This document shows, one piece after another, positions 51,640 to 64,000 of a DNA stretch of 64,000 nt; positions within the stretch are counted from its first letter, which is position 1, and each line of letters begins with the position of its first letter. The stretch comes from Hypanus sabinus (taxonomy: Eukaryota): contig NC_082731.1 of the NCBI RefSeq assembly GCF_030144855.1, positions 24,738,001 through 24,802,000 on the forward strand. Reading direction: 5' to 3'. The position numbers and the translations under genes were made by a program. Below the pieces are notes generated by a model. That model was not told the origin of the DNA, ran no database searches, and saw only the letters and a program-made list of their open reading frames with translations.

Positions 51640-54600
51640 AGTGAGGCGGAACAAGTGATAAGGAGGACACATGTACAGAGGGCTGGCCTGACGGAACATG
51701 AAGATAAATGTGCAGAAAGAATAAATAAATTTAGGAAGGACAACAAAATTCAAGGGGCGAATAGCCCGATGGGAGTTTGGGTGCTGTGTTAAGCATAATA
51801 GGCAGCGAGTTAAACAGAGAGTGAAATGGCCTAAATATTCTATATATGAATGCACAAAATGTCAGAAATAAGGCGGAAGAGCTTGAATCTCAGATGGGAA
51901 TGGGTAACTATGATGTTGTTGGGATAACGGAGACATGGCTGCATAGAGATCAGACCTGGTAAATGAATGTACAAGGGTATACTTGCTATCGTAGGGTCAG
52001 AAATGTGGGCAGAGAGGGTGTGGTGGACCAGTTGGTGAGGAATGAGATTCAGTCCTTTGCATGGTGGGACATAGGATCAGGAGAAGTAGAGTCTGTGTGG
52101 ATAGAACTGAGGAACAGTAAGGGCAAAAAGACCCTAATGGGTGTTGACTGCAGGCCACCAAACAGTAGCATGGATATTGGGCGCAAGTTAAATAGGGAGT
52201 TAAGATTGGCATGTGGCAAAGGTATTGTCGCAGTAGTTATGGTGGATTTCAACATCCAGGTGAACTGGGAGAATCAGGTTTGTGCTGGAACCCAGGATAG
52301 GGAGTTTGTAGTGTGCCTACGGGATGCATTCTTGGAACAGCTTGTACGAGAGCCGACCAGGGGCAAGGCTATTCTGGATTTAGTCTTTTGTAATGAACAG
52401 GATTTGATAAGCGATCTTGGAGTAAAGGAGCCATTAGGACGTAGTGACCCTATTATGATTTTATCTGCAATTTGAGAAGGATAAGGGCAAATCCGAGGTG
52501 TCAGTATTGCAGTTAAACAGGGGAAACTATGGAGCCATCAGGGAGGAGCTGGCCAAAGTTAGCTGGACGGATATCCTAGCAGAAAAGACAGTGGAACAGC
52601 AATGGCAAGTATTCTTGGGAATAATGGACAAGGTGCAAAATCAGTTCATCCCCCGGAGAAGGGAGGATACAAAGGGAGGAAAGGGACCACAGTTGTTGAC
52701 AAAGGAAGTCAGAGATTGCATAGCATTAAAAAAAGGAAATATGACAGAGCTAAGGTGAGTGGAAGGACAGACGATTGGGAAAATTTTAAGGAACAACAGA
52801 ACTTAACTAAAAAGGCAATACCTGGAGAGAAAATTCAGGTACGAATGCAAGCGAGACAGGAATATAAAGAAGGACAGCCAAAGCTTTTTTTAGGTATGTG
52901 AAGAGAAGAAGATAGTTAGGAACAATGTTGGGCCCTTGAATAATTAATTGGGTGAAATTGTTATGTGATACAGAGAAATGGCAGAAAGATTTAATAAGTA
53001 CTTTAGATCTGTCTTCAATAGGGAAGACACATGCAATCTCCTAGATGTAAGGATGGGCCAAGGACATAGGGTAACAGAGGAAATGAAACAGATTGATATT
53101 AGGAAGTAAACGGTGATGAGTAGACTGATCGGACTGAAGACTGACAAAACCCCAGGTCAAGATGGTCTGCATCCGAGGGTACTAAAGGAAGTAGCCCTGG
53201 AAATTGCGGGTGCTTTGGTAATCATTTTGCAATGTTCCTTAGATTCAGGATCAATTCCTGAAGATTGGAGAATAGCTAAGGTCATCCCACTTTTTAAGAA
53301 AGGAGGGAGGGAGAAAACAGAGAACTATCAACCCGTCAGCCTAACATCAGTAGTGGGGAAGATGCTGGAGTCCAATATTAAAGATGAAATAGTGGCATCT
53401 CTAGATAGCAGTGATAAGATTTGGCCGAGCCAGCATGGATTTACCAAGGGCAAATCATGCTTGATTAAAACTATTGGAATTTTTCGAGGATGCAACCAGG
53501 AAGCTAGTCAACGGAGATCCAGAGGATGCAGTGTACCACGATTCTCAGAAGGCATTTGATACGGTCCCACATAGGAGATTAGTGAGTAAAATCAGAGTTC
53601 ATGGTATTGGGGGGGGGGGGGGGGAATTTGAAATGGATAGAAAACTGTTTGGCATTTAAAAAGCAGAGGGTAGCGGTGAATGGGTATTTCTAGGAATGGC
53701 TGGAGGTGACTATTGGGGTGCCACAGGGCTCGGTATTGGGACCGCAACTGTTTACTATTTACAACAACGATTTAGATGAAGGCATTGTGAATAACATCAG
53801 CAGGTTTGCTGATGATACTAAGCTGGGTGGCAGTGTGACATGTGATGAGGATGTTAGGAGAATTCATGGTGACTTGGATAGTCTGAGTGAATGGGCAGAT
53901 ACTTGGCAGATGACGTTTAATGTGAATAAGTTTGAGGTTCTCCACTTTGGGAGTAAGAACAGGAAGGCAGATTATTATATGAACGGTGTAGAGTTAGCTA
54001 TGGGAGAAATAAAAATATATCTATGAGTCCTTGTTCATCAATCACTGAAGGTGAATGAGCAAGGGAGCAGGCAGTGAAGAAGGCTAATGGAATGTTGGCC
54101 TTTATTGCAAAGTAAATTGAGTACAAGAGCAAGGAAATCCTTTGGCATTTGCACAGGGCCCTGGTGAGTGCACACCTGGAGTATTCTGTACAGTTTTGGT
54201 CTCCAGGGTTAAGGAAGGACATCCTGCTATAGAAGAAGTGCAGCTTAAGTTCACAAGGTTAATTCCTGGGATGTCCGGACTGTCTTACGCAGAGAGGTTT
54301 GAGAGACTGGGCTTGTAAACGCTGGAATTAAGGAGATTGAGAGGGGATATGATCGCAAAATATAAGATTATTAAGGGATTGGACAAGATAGAGCAGGAAT
54401 TTTGTTCCAGTTGCTGGGAGAGTCCAGTACCAGAGCACATGGTTTGAGAATAAGGGGTAGGTCATTTAGGACATAGTTAAGGAAAAACTTATTTTCCCTG
54501 TGAGTTGTGCGGGGCTGGGATGCACTGCGTCGGAAGGTGGTGGAGCCGAATTCTCCGTATGCTTTCAAGATGGAGCTAGATAGGTATTTTATGGATAGGG

Positions 54601-54740
54601 GAATCATGGAATATGGGGACAAGCCAGGAAATGGGTATTGATAGTAGATGATCAGCCATGATCTCAAAATGGCGGTGCAGGCTCGAAGGGCCGAATTGTC
54701 TACTTCTGCACCCATTGTCTTTTGTCTATTGTCTATTGTT
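51640..54740 (+). mobile_element. Decayed CR1 LINE ORF2 (endonuclease + RT) with 3' tail
   Basis: ORFs 51963-52475 (VESVWIELRNSKGKKTLMG...LEQLVREPTRGKAILDLV), 53113-53559 (KTPGQDGLHPRVLKE...YQPVSLTS) and 53706-54026 (GVPQGSVLGP...FADDTKLGG). Tail ttgtctattgtctattg. Confidence 0.95.
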
Positions 54741-55794
54741 AAACCTGAGAATGTGAGTTAACGTTCCTTTCACCACCGTGTAGCTTCAGAGCTGATAGAC
54801 GGTTTTGCAAAGGGCTGGATCAGGTAGATTTGAGGAACATGTTCCCATGTGGTTCAGAGTCCAAGATAAGAGTCACATCCTTCAGTTAAATGGTCAATTC
54901 ATTAGAATTGATATGTGGTTGAGATTCCGCTGGTGTAATCTGGTATACCTGCGGAATTAGATTCATAGAAATTTGAGAGACAGATATTATGTGCAGTGCA
55001 GGAAAAAATATAGTTCTACTCTACATAGGTAAGGGTTTTGGACACTATTGGAACAAGTCGAAGAATATTTTTAACAAAGAGAGATCCGTTGTAAATGGAG
55101 AGACAATGGTCCAAATGTTCTAACTCATTACCCTGCAACTGTTGGTAATATCTTGTCACCTGGTTCGGATATGGCCCAAGTGAGGAGTAGGAGACACTGA
55201 AGTATGTCGATAGTACACAGATGCTAATCTTCAGAGCCCGTTAATTGGACAGCCCAATTTCTCAGGAAAGGCGGAAAACAAACAGACAGCAAAGCATTGC
55301 TGTGTCGAAATCGCAACAAACATTACGACGGAATTGGGTTAAATACAATCACAATGAAATAATAATTATCTGACACATGCATATTCACAAGCGCAGTGGC
55401 CGTATCGGCTGCACTGCCGAATAGATGGTCGTGACCGGGTACACACTCTAGCCTCAGCCTCTGAGGAGCCAAAACCTGCATCCGCTGGAAGTCCCGGATG
55501 AGGGACCTGACAAGATGTCCTTCAGTAATGCTGGTAATAATTTCCATGATATGCACTGCCAAAATCGGACCAAAAAACTTCCATGAAGAGGCAGAAACAA
55601 TCGCTTTTACGGAGTTAGTTGGGACAAGTGATAACGTGAGACATTCTTTCTCAGAATGTGGACCCTCTGGTTTGAGCTAATAGAGCATCACATAATGAAT
55701 AAACAGAACACAGAAACCCTGTGCCTGTCAAAAATAATCTTAGCAAACTTAAACATTTAGCTCCAGGAAACTGCAGTAACAACAGTGAATCGTA

Positions 55795-58130
55795 GGAAAA
55801 TAGAAAAATTGAAAATGGGAGAAGGAGTAGGCCATTCAGCCCTTCGAGCTTGCACAACTATTCTGTATGATCATGGTTGATCATCCAATTCAGAGCCCTG
55901 TACCTGCCTTCTCTCCAGACCAACTGTTCACTTTAGCCACAAGGGCCATATCTAACTCCCTCTTAAATAAAGCCAATGAACTGCCCTGAATTGTTTCCTG
56001 TAGCACAGAATTTCACAGATTCTCCACTGTCTGTGTGAAGAAGTTTCTCCTCATCTCGGTGATAAAAGGCTTCCCCTTTATCCTTAAAATTTGACCCCTC
56101 GTTCTGTACTTCCCCAACATCTGGAACAATCTTCCTGCATCTAGCCTGTCTAATCCCTTTAGAATTTTATACGTTTCAATAAGATCCCCGCTCAATCTTC
56201 TAAATTCCAGCGAGTATAAGTTAGTCGATCTAGTCTTTCTTTATATGAAAGTCCTGCCATCACAGGAAGCAATTTTGTGAACCTTCTTTATAGTCCCTCT
56301 ATGGCAAGAATGTCTTTCCTCAGATTAGAGGACGGAAACTGCACACAATTCTCCAGGTGTGGTCTTACCGAGGCATTGTACAACTGCAGTAGAACCTCCC
56401 TGCTCCTGTACACGAATCCTCTTGTTATGAATGCTAACATACCATTCACCTTTTTCACCGCCTGCTGTACCTGCATGCCCACTTTCAATGACTGGTATAC
56501 AATGACACACAGTTCTCGTTGCACCTCCCATTTTCCTAATCTGGCACCATTCAGATAATAATCTGTTTTCCTGTTCTTGCCACCGAAGTGGATAACCTCA
56601 CATTTACCCACATTCGATTGCATCTGCCATGAACTTGCCCACTCACTTAACCAATCAAAGACACCCTGCATCCTCTTAGAATCCTCCTCACAGCTAACAT
56701 TGCCGGCCAGCTTCGTATCATCTGCAAACTTGGATATGCTGCATTTAATTCGCTTGTCTAAATAATTAATATATATTGTAAACAACTGTGGTCCCAACAC
56801 TGAGCCTTGCGGTACCCCATTAGTCACCGTCTGCCATTCTGAAAAGGTCCCGTTTACTCCCACAGTTTGCTTCCTGTCTGCCAATCAATTCTCTATCCAC
56901 GTCAATACCATACCTTCGATACCGTGTGCTATAAGTTTGCACACTAATGTCCTGTGTGGGACCTTGTCAAAAGCCTTTTGAAAATCCAAATATACCACAT
57001 CCAGAGTTTCTCCCCTGTCCACTCTACTAGCTACATCCTGAAAAAAAAATCTATAAAATTCGTCAGACATGGTTTTCCTTTCACAAATCCATGCTGACTT
57101 TGTCCGATGATTTCACCGCTTTCCAAATGCACTGTTATCACATCTTTGATAACCGACTCTGGCATTTTCCCCACCACCGATTTCAGACCAACCGGTCAAT
57201 AATTCCCCTGTTTCTCTCTCCCTCCATTTTTTAAACAAAGTGGGGTTACATTAGCCACCCTTCAATCCTCAGGAAGTAATCCAGAATCTAAAGAGTTTTG
57301 TAAAATTATCACTAATGCATACACCATTTTTGGGCTACTTCCTTAAGCACTCTGGGATGCAGACCATCTGGCTCTGGAGATTTATCCGCCTTTAAGCCCT
57401 TCAATTTACCTAACAACACTTCCCTTCTAAAATGTATTTCCCTCAGTTCCTCCATCTCACTAGATCCTCAGTCCCCGACTATTTCTGGAAGATTATTTAT
57501 TCAGTTGGTCTGCCATGTCTTTGTTCCCCATGATCAATTCAGCTGTTTCTGACTCTAAGGGACCTACATTTGTCTTAACCAATCTTTATCTTTTCACATA
57601 TCTATAAAAGCTTTTCTATCATTTTTATGTTCCTTGCCAGCTTTCTCTCATAATCTTTTTTTCCCTTTCCTAATTAAGTCCTTGGCCCTCCTCCGCTGGA
57701 CTCCGAGTTTCCCCTAGTCCTCAGGTTTGAGGCTTTTTCTGGCTAATTTGTATGCTTCTTCTTTGGAATTGATACTATCCCTAATTTCCCTTGTAAGCCA
57801 AGGGTACACAACCTTCCCTGGTTCATTGTTTTGCCAAAATGGGATGAACAATTGTTTTAGTTCATCCATGCGATCTTTAAATGCTTGCCAATGCATATCC
57901 AACGTCAATCCTTTAAATAACATTAGCCAGTCGATCTTAGCAAATTCACGTCTCATACCTTCAAAGTTACCCTGCTTTCAGTTCAGAAACTTTGTTTCTC
58001 AATTAACTATGTCACTCTCCAACTTAATGAAGAATTCCACCATGTTGTTGTCACTCTTACCCAAGAGGTCTCGCACGACAAGATTGCTAGCTAACCCTTC
58101 CTCATTGCTCAATACCCAATCTAAATCGCA
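55795..58130 (-). mobile_element. Decayed CR1 LINE ORF2 fragment
   Basis: Minus-strand ORFs 56288-56884 (GVPQGSVLGP...FADDTKLAG), 56885-57070 (YLDFQKAFDKVPH), 57714-57956 and 57999-58244. Confidence 0.95.
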
Positions 58131-58649
58131 CGGATATAAAAAGAACTCAAACCACTCAAGCCTATAATAACTGTCGTTAAGTAACATTGACCTATTCAAG
58201 TGCACTATAAATCTCAGATTCCAATGCTCTCGGATGCCCTGCACAGGCCTGATCTACAGGACAACACTCACCCACACCCCACAACGTTCCTTATAGCTGG
58301 CACCAGTGTCAGGATGCTTCTGGGACAGCACTCTATTAGTTGTCATATCTCGCTCCTGAACTCTCCCTATGATAAAAAGTGACAACAGAGGACCGAGTAG
58401 CATTAAGATTATCATTAATCGGAGGGGACGTCTGACCATTTCCTTTAGACTGGTATCTCAAACTCCCTGCTGTCCTCAATCACTACTTCTCCATAGCTCT
58501 GATCAAAAGCTAGACGTCTGCGAAAATCACATTCAATTTTTAACCCGAATCAACTTTCCTTTCGTTTCTGTAACAAACATCGTGTTTAACATTAGCTCCT
58601 GATGTAGTATTTCTCTCCCCAATTTGTCAGCAGATCTATCTCTCGAGGA

Positions 58650-58990
58650 GCTGTCCGTCGTGGTCCAGCTTCAGCCAACAATAGAAAGTTCTATTAAGAA
58701 TCATTCGGCCGCACCTGCTTAGTGAAAGGTTTTTCGTCTTCCAGAACATTCTCAACAGGACATACGAGGCCAAGCAGGTGCATCATTGCCTATGTGATAT
58801 GCAACAACTGGAGCCTCTAAACCCGCTAATACTGTTATTCGTATAGATCCGTAACGAGACAACTTGTAATGTAGCCAACGATTCGATACAAGAGTCTTGT
58901 AAAACACCAAGCTTCTCAGTTCTGTGTAATCCCTAACAAAATCAGTGGGATTCCACAGCAATTATATGCAGAATTAATTCTGAATCAGGA
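58650..58990 (+). pseudogene. Possible decayed IgH-like V relic
   Basis: VVQLQP.../TCLVKGFSSS (cf. TCxVSGFSxS), a later QFC, and CACAGCA about 300 nt from the start. Nonamer is poor. Confidence 0.28.
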
Positions 58991-61980
58991 AAATAAGAAA
59001 CGGCTTATGCAAATTGTATTTTTGGAATAATAACGTTAAATTACAATATATCAATGGGTGTTCAGTTCCCATGGGACGGGGGAAAAAAATCAAGTCTTAT
59101 GTTGTGACATAGTTTTCTGGGAGCTCAAAATTAAAGGTATAGACCGAATACTAAACAGAAGAACTGTCTTCTCACTTACTTTTGTAAATGATTCATTTAT
59201 AGAGAAATACATACCAAGCTATCTTGTGAAATCATGTACCTGAATTGTATATTCTATATAATTAAAAAGAGGGATTACTTTAGGCTAAAGAAGAGAGTAA
59301 TTCACGATTACTATCTGGTTTGCATTTATTTGCAGTAAATTCATACAACGCATCAAAAGTAATCTGAAACATCTCTGTGAAAGAGCTGGACTATCTTCAG
59401 CCTACTGAGAGACTTTGTCACGTGTACTAATGAACGAAAGACGGCACATACAGTAATTTAAACTTGAATCAGGTATATGGCAAGAGCTGTGCATGTAGAA
59501 GACGATTCAAACGTGGAATAAAATAAACTAATAATATGCACAATGAGGCATCTTTGTTTCGTCTTTATCAAAAATTATAATGAGAGCTTTTAGGAAAATA
59601 TACGCGGCTCAGTTTAAGAAACAAAAGGACACAAAGGGAATCCCGACATTGAGATTTGCACAATGATTTTTTTTACAGTATCTGATTGAAGAGGACGAAG
59701 GACCTTTTTCTAGCAACTATTACAGGTGCGAAGGTCTGTTCCCAAGAGAAGTCGTGGCAGGAATGCTCAACTTTAAACTGTTATCTGTTCACATTTATAT
59801 CGTGTTTCCAGAGCTTTATTACTTTGAAAGGTCATACAGTTGCAAGTCAACTTCAGCTATATCACTTTCGTTAAGTTCAGGTTATAAATGGAACCCTGTC
59901 ACCAGAACTTTAATTTTAAATGGAAATCGACTTAAGGTTAAAAACGCAGTGTTTAGAGAACAAATACAGATAAGCTATCTAGTTTTAAGACAAGCTGAAT
60001 GTCAAGAGTCACTGCACCTGCTGTATTATAGCTCAGAAATAAAACATAACAGAACGGGCTGCATAATTTCGGTTGTTTCGAACAGGATTACTTCAAGGAT
60101 GCCAGAAGAACAAATAGAGCATATCATTCAACATATCAACGACTAATGTATTTAGAGTTTGAAAGTTGTATTGTCTCAAACATTATTTTTAGATCAATGC
60201 CTCCAAAGTATATTTTAAGCAGGTTATGTTAAAAAATATCTATACTTGCGGAAATATCACGTGCTTATGAAGTCAGTCAAACATTTTAAAATATTATCTA
60301 AATAAGGAACAGTTCAGGCATATTAGAAATGGTTTATACGATATTAAGAAACAAGGAAAACTAGAATATGTCCTCCAACTTCAATTTACGGATCAGACAA
60401 CCTATTTTTATGCATTTTTGTTGTACCTTGCTAGCTTATAGGACATGTGTCTGCGTTTTCGAAATGTCTTTATCATATTTTTGACATAGTTTATTCCCTG
60501 AGTTAAAAACCTGCTTAATACTTTGGGTTTGAAACTGGGTGGTGCTCCAGAAGCGCTGCCATTGTAATTCTTTCATAGGGTTTCATATTTCCAGATAATG
60601 GTTCAATTTTGAAATACAAGATGGAAATCCTCTGCGAGTTTTACAGGAGTTTGAAGAATGTCTCGTGAGGATTTTAGCGTGTTTCCCTCAAAAATAGATT
60701 AACCTTGTTTTAATCAAAGCACAAACAATAGAAAAATTGCAGATGCTGGAATCCAAGCACCACACTGAAAATGCTAGATGAACATAACAGTTCAGACAGC
60801 ATCCATGGAAAATAGTATAGTTGACGTTATGGTCCAATAACCGACCGCAGAACTGGAGAAAAAGAAAAGAAAAATGAGGTGTAGAGTTAAAAGCCGAAAT
60901 AACGTATGAGAAAAAAAACATAAGGTGATGAGAGAAACCGGTAAACACAGGGATAATGAGCTTGGAAGGCGTTTGCTGAAAGTGATACAGGGCTGGAGAA
61001 GTCTGTTATCGAGGCCAGCATCCCATTAAAACAAAAAAAGAGGAAAAGGAACATCTAAAGGAGGGGGGATAGGCAACAAAAAGGTAAGGAGAGGGGCAAA
61101 GGTGTGTGTGGGATTGGGGGAGTTATTGGTAAATTGTCCGATGCTGGTCAGGCTGAAGATCTTATGCAGACAGACTTTTGTTGTTGTTTTGACTTGCGTC
61201 CTCATCAGTAGCTGCACCGAGAGTTCTCCTATAATTGCCGTCTGATTCAGTTGCCACATGTGTCAACACAACAGTATCAATGAAGATTCCATTGAAAACA
61301 CTCAGTCGATTAGGAATGGACCCTGATTTGTCCTATAGCGAGCACACTGCAGAAGAATGGAAAAGCCACGGTCCTCATCGATGACTAACTGCCGTCAAGC
61401 TGATCTCCTCAGTTTGCAATTCTTCGACGTCCCGACTATGAGGTGAGGGAGACAATCGTTAGGTATCTTCTGCCTTCTACGTATCTTGCCAAAGATTTTA
61501 TATGATTCCAATTGTATTTATGATATTAAGTGACATCCACAAAACTTTAATGACGGTAACAGTTCGACCACAGCGAAGTGCCTAAGATCTGGTAATAAGC
61601 GATTCATTTAAATGTTATACTTGGGAAGCACGTCGAATCTAATGGGGCTAAGTTTGCATTTCCGACATTCTACCGACACTGAATTGTAAGCAGACTATTT
61701 TCAAAATTGTGCACTAAACAAAATGTCATGAATAATAGACACGTGTGTTGTTAGAAGCCCTGTTGTTAGACAGAACGTGTCAACGATTTAAAATAATATC
61801 CGGAGTATAAAACAAATGTCGATGAAATCATCACTTTACTCGTGTGAACAGTTATTAATTGTAAATCCTTGCTGTTCCTTGTCTTAGGATGGGATTTTTT
61901 TTTTCCAAGATTGATATAGGACAACATTTTTCCTCTGATATATACGTTTTCTCTCATTCCTTCTACTGTCTCATTTCCAG

Positions 61981-62379
61981 ACACACGCTCAGACCCCTTG
62001 CAGCTGGAGAGAGGGACTGGCACGGTGGAGCTCGTCTTCGGAAGAAATCTTATGCTGGCCTCCAGGTCTTTGAGTAGTATCTAAATAGTGATTCCGCTAC
62101 AATCCACTTGTATTAAAACATAAAAGAAAGAACAGCCTCTAATGTCCCTCTCCTCGAAGTGGAGCAAATGGCATTGTTATCATTGACGAATAAATGACTC
62201 CCAGCCTCCAGTTGCGGCTTCCATCCACAGACGACAATTATCTTATCTCGCTATAGGAGGGGCTTTATTATTGAGTCCGATGAGCCAATATTAAGGCATA
62301 GAACTGAACTGTCGCTCCCTATTGTAGCTCGCAACTTGGACACAGAACAGCAGTAATATTAAGGGCCCGTGCCAAATAT
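61981..62379 (+). pseudogene. Possible decayed V relic with 23-RSS
   Basis: Acceptor ctcatttccag at 61980, then SDPLQLERGTGTVEL, and APYCS near the end. CACAGAA (62341-62347) + 23 nt + GCCAAATAT (62371-62379). Confidence 0.3.
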
Positions 62380-63129
62380 TGAGAGAATCCGGAAGATAGT
62401 TGCGACGCAACATAATCACGCTTCAAATGTCGCATCAGCGAAACATATAAGAAACGGAATTACCAGCAGAAAGAACGATGGACATTCTCTTCATATTCAT
62501 CCTTTGTGCATGTTGGCCTCGTGAGTAACCTAACACCTTCAGAGGATAAATTTTATAAACATATTATTTATTTCGGTGCATATCTGTAAAAAATATTATT
62601 TCTTGTTAAATCTCGGATTATTGTACGATTGCTGTCCTTAAACGTGTTTTACGGTATCAACTCAGAAGCGAGACCAGGAAGGCCGTAGCCTTGTTTTTGA
62701 AAGAACTTTCCCTTGTTGTGAGTTCTCAACATCTGTACGCAGTTCACCCTATGTCAGGGTCACACATGGATGTTGTGTCCTATCTGTCGAAGTCGCTCCG
62801 CGAGTCAAGGTGGCACAGCATCGGGAGCACCGTGTTGTCCTTGGAGGTGACTTCGTATCTTCCGGCTGATTATCAATCCAGAGGAACGGCAGAGACGGTT
62901 ATATTTTTATTTAAGTGGTGTCGCAGAAGGTGGTAATCAGCGCTTAACTCAGCATAAAACTGTTTTAAAACTCGAGTTGCCCATTTTCCGTCCGACTTTC
63001 CTGGGGAACATTCCACGTGACAACACAACAGTCGATGTGGAAAATCTGAGTTTCACTATTTTTTTTCATAAGTAGCCAAACACGGCTGACGAGCAGTATC
63101 TTCCGTGAAAGGTTAGTGCAGTTAACAAC

Positions 63130-63400
63130 GGTAGCATACAACACCTACATACACCAGTTTAGTTAGGGTGCCACGGCAATGTACTGCTTCGCACAACACT
63201 TTACAGGGAAGCCGACAAGGGCACAATTCGCTCCGCTGCCGTTAGGAGTTGTTACGTTCTCACAGTGGCAGTGTGCGTTTTATCCAGGCGTCCCGGTTTC
63301 TCCCCAAATACTGGTTAGAAGTTTAACTAGTCGTTGAGTATATATTCCTGAGATCTGGCTAGGATAAATTAGGGAATGCTGGGTAGCGTGCCTCGCAGGG
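63130..63400 (+). mobile_element. SINE-like remnant
   Basis: gtgtgcgttttatccaggcgtcccggtttctcccc...ggttagaagtttaac resembles the conserved core of fish and shark tRNA-derived SINEs. Confidence 0.4.
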
Positions 63401-63636
63401 CCCGAATGTCAGTCAACAAACTACTTATGTCAATAAACTAAAAATAGATCTGCCATACACTGACTTCGATACCATGAATCAAAAAAAAAACAAAAAAAAC
63501 AGGTATTTCGGAGAGGACGCTGCCTCGACTCATTTCATAGAAACGTACGATCACAAAGGCAGTTCAAGAGACCCTGCAAGATTAAAAGGATCTGCAATTA
63601 TTAAAGTGAGCTGTTGTCTTTTCCGCACAATTTGTT

Positions 63637-64000
63637 ATGTGCTGCGCAAGGTTCTTCAACATGGTTATATATATCAGGTATTATGGTAAATAGATTAAAA
63701 CCTCAATAGTTGTTCGCTGGCATCGTCTAATGATCGTTATGCTTTTCTGCTTAACCTGAACTATTTTCACAGATCAGACATCCGCCGCTTCTGTAAATCA
63801 AAACCAGAATTTACAGAATAAACGATCTGGTGAAATGGTGACATTAAACTGTGTCTACAGTACCACAAGCCTTGCCTATGATTTGTATTGGTACAGACAA
63901 TCCGCACAGGACAAACTGAAGTTTATTGTGTGGAATCGTTCTTGGAACTCACAGGAAATGAGAGGAGAATTGTTGCAAAAGCGTTTCTCTGCAGATCTCC
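63637..64000 (+). CDS. TRAV/DV: TCR alpha/delta V segment, apparently open and truncated by the window end: leader 63637-63685, V exon from 63773
   Basis: 49-nt leader MCCARFFNMVIYIRYY + G|GTAAAT, then an 87-nt intron ending ttttcacag. Exon reads DQTSAASVNQNQNLQNKRSGEMVTLNCVYSTTSLAYDLYWYRQSAQDKLKFIVWNRSWNSQEMRGELLQKRFSADL with no stop. The first canonical Cys and WYRQ are present. Confidence 0.85.

Noticed and set aside
55392-55417. Small GC-rich imperfect hairpin gcagtggccg-tat-cggctgcactgc
   Set aside because: Short and isolated, with no tRNA or other ncRNA features.
59754-60146. 130-aa ORF with SYLVLRQAE...LLYYS
   Set aside because: No canonical Cys or Trp and no RSS. Probably a chance ORF.
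1-64000. CRISPR arrays, rRNA, tRNA or prokaryotic operons
   Set aside because: None seen. The sequence is intron-containing vertebrate DNA.

Overview
Eukaryotic, repeat-rich DNA from a cartilaginous fish (inferred from the antigen-receptor segment types and the repeat families; possibly a ray). It looks like the V-gene array of the T-cell receptor alpha/delta locus. The window holds two tandem NAR-TCR cassettes about 12.2 kb apart (13.9-16.7 kb and 26.1-29.1 kb). Each has the order leader exon - IgNAR-like V - 23-RSS - 12-D-12 - 23-J - intron - leaderless supporting TCR-delta V - 23-RSS, which would encode a two-V-domain TCR chain. Both cassettes are pseudogenes, and cassette 2 is broken only by three in-frame TAA stops. 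There is also an IgH-type V-D-D cluster with no visible J (48.6-49.8 kb), an apparently open TCR alpha/delta V cut off by the window end (63.6-64.0 kb), and several much more decayed V-like relics. All V segments lie on the + strand. The rest is mostly decayed retroelements (CR1, Rex1/Babar, Penelope, Ty3/Gypsy), a Tc1-like fragment, a probable solo LTR and microsatellites. Most ORFs in the supplied track are retroelement fragments or chance ORFs. All calls are from manual reading and translation; no database search was run.
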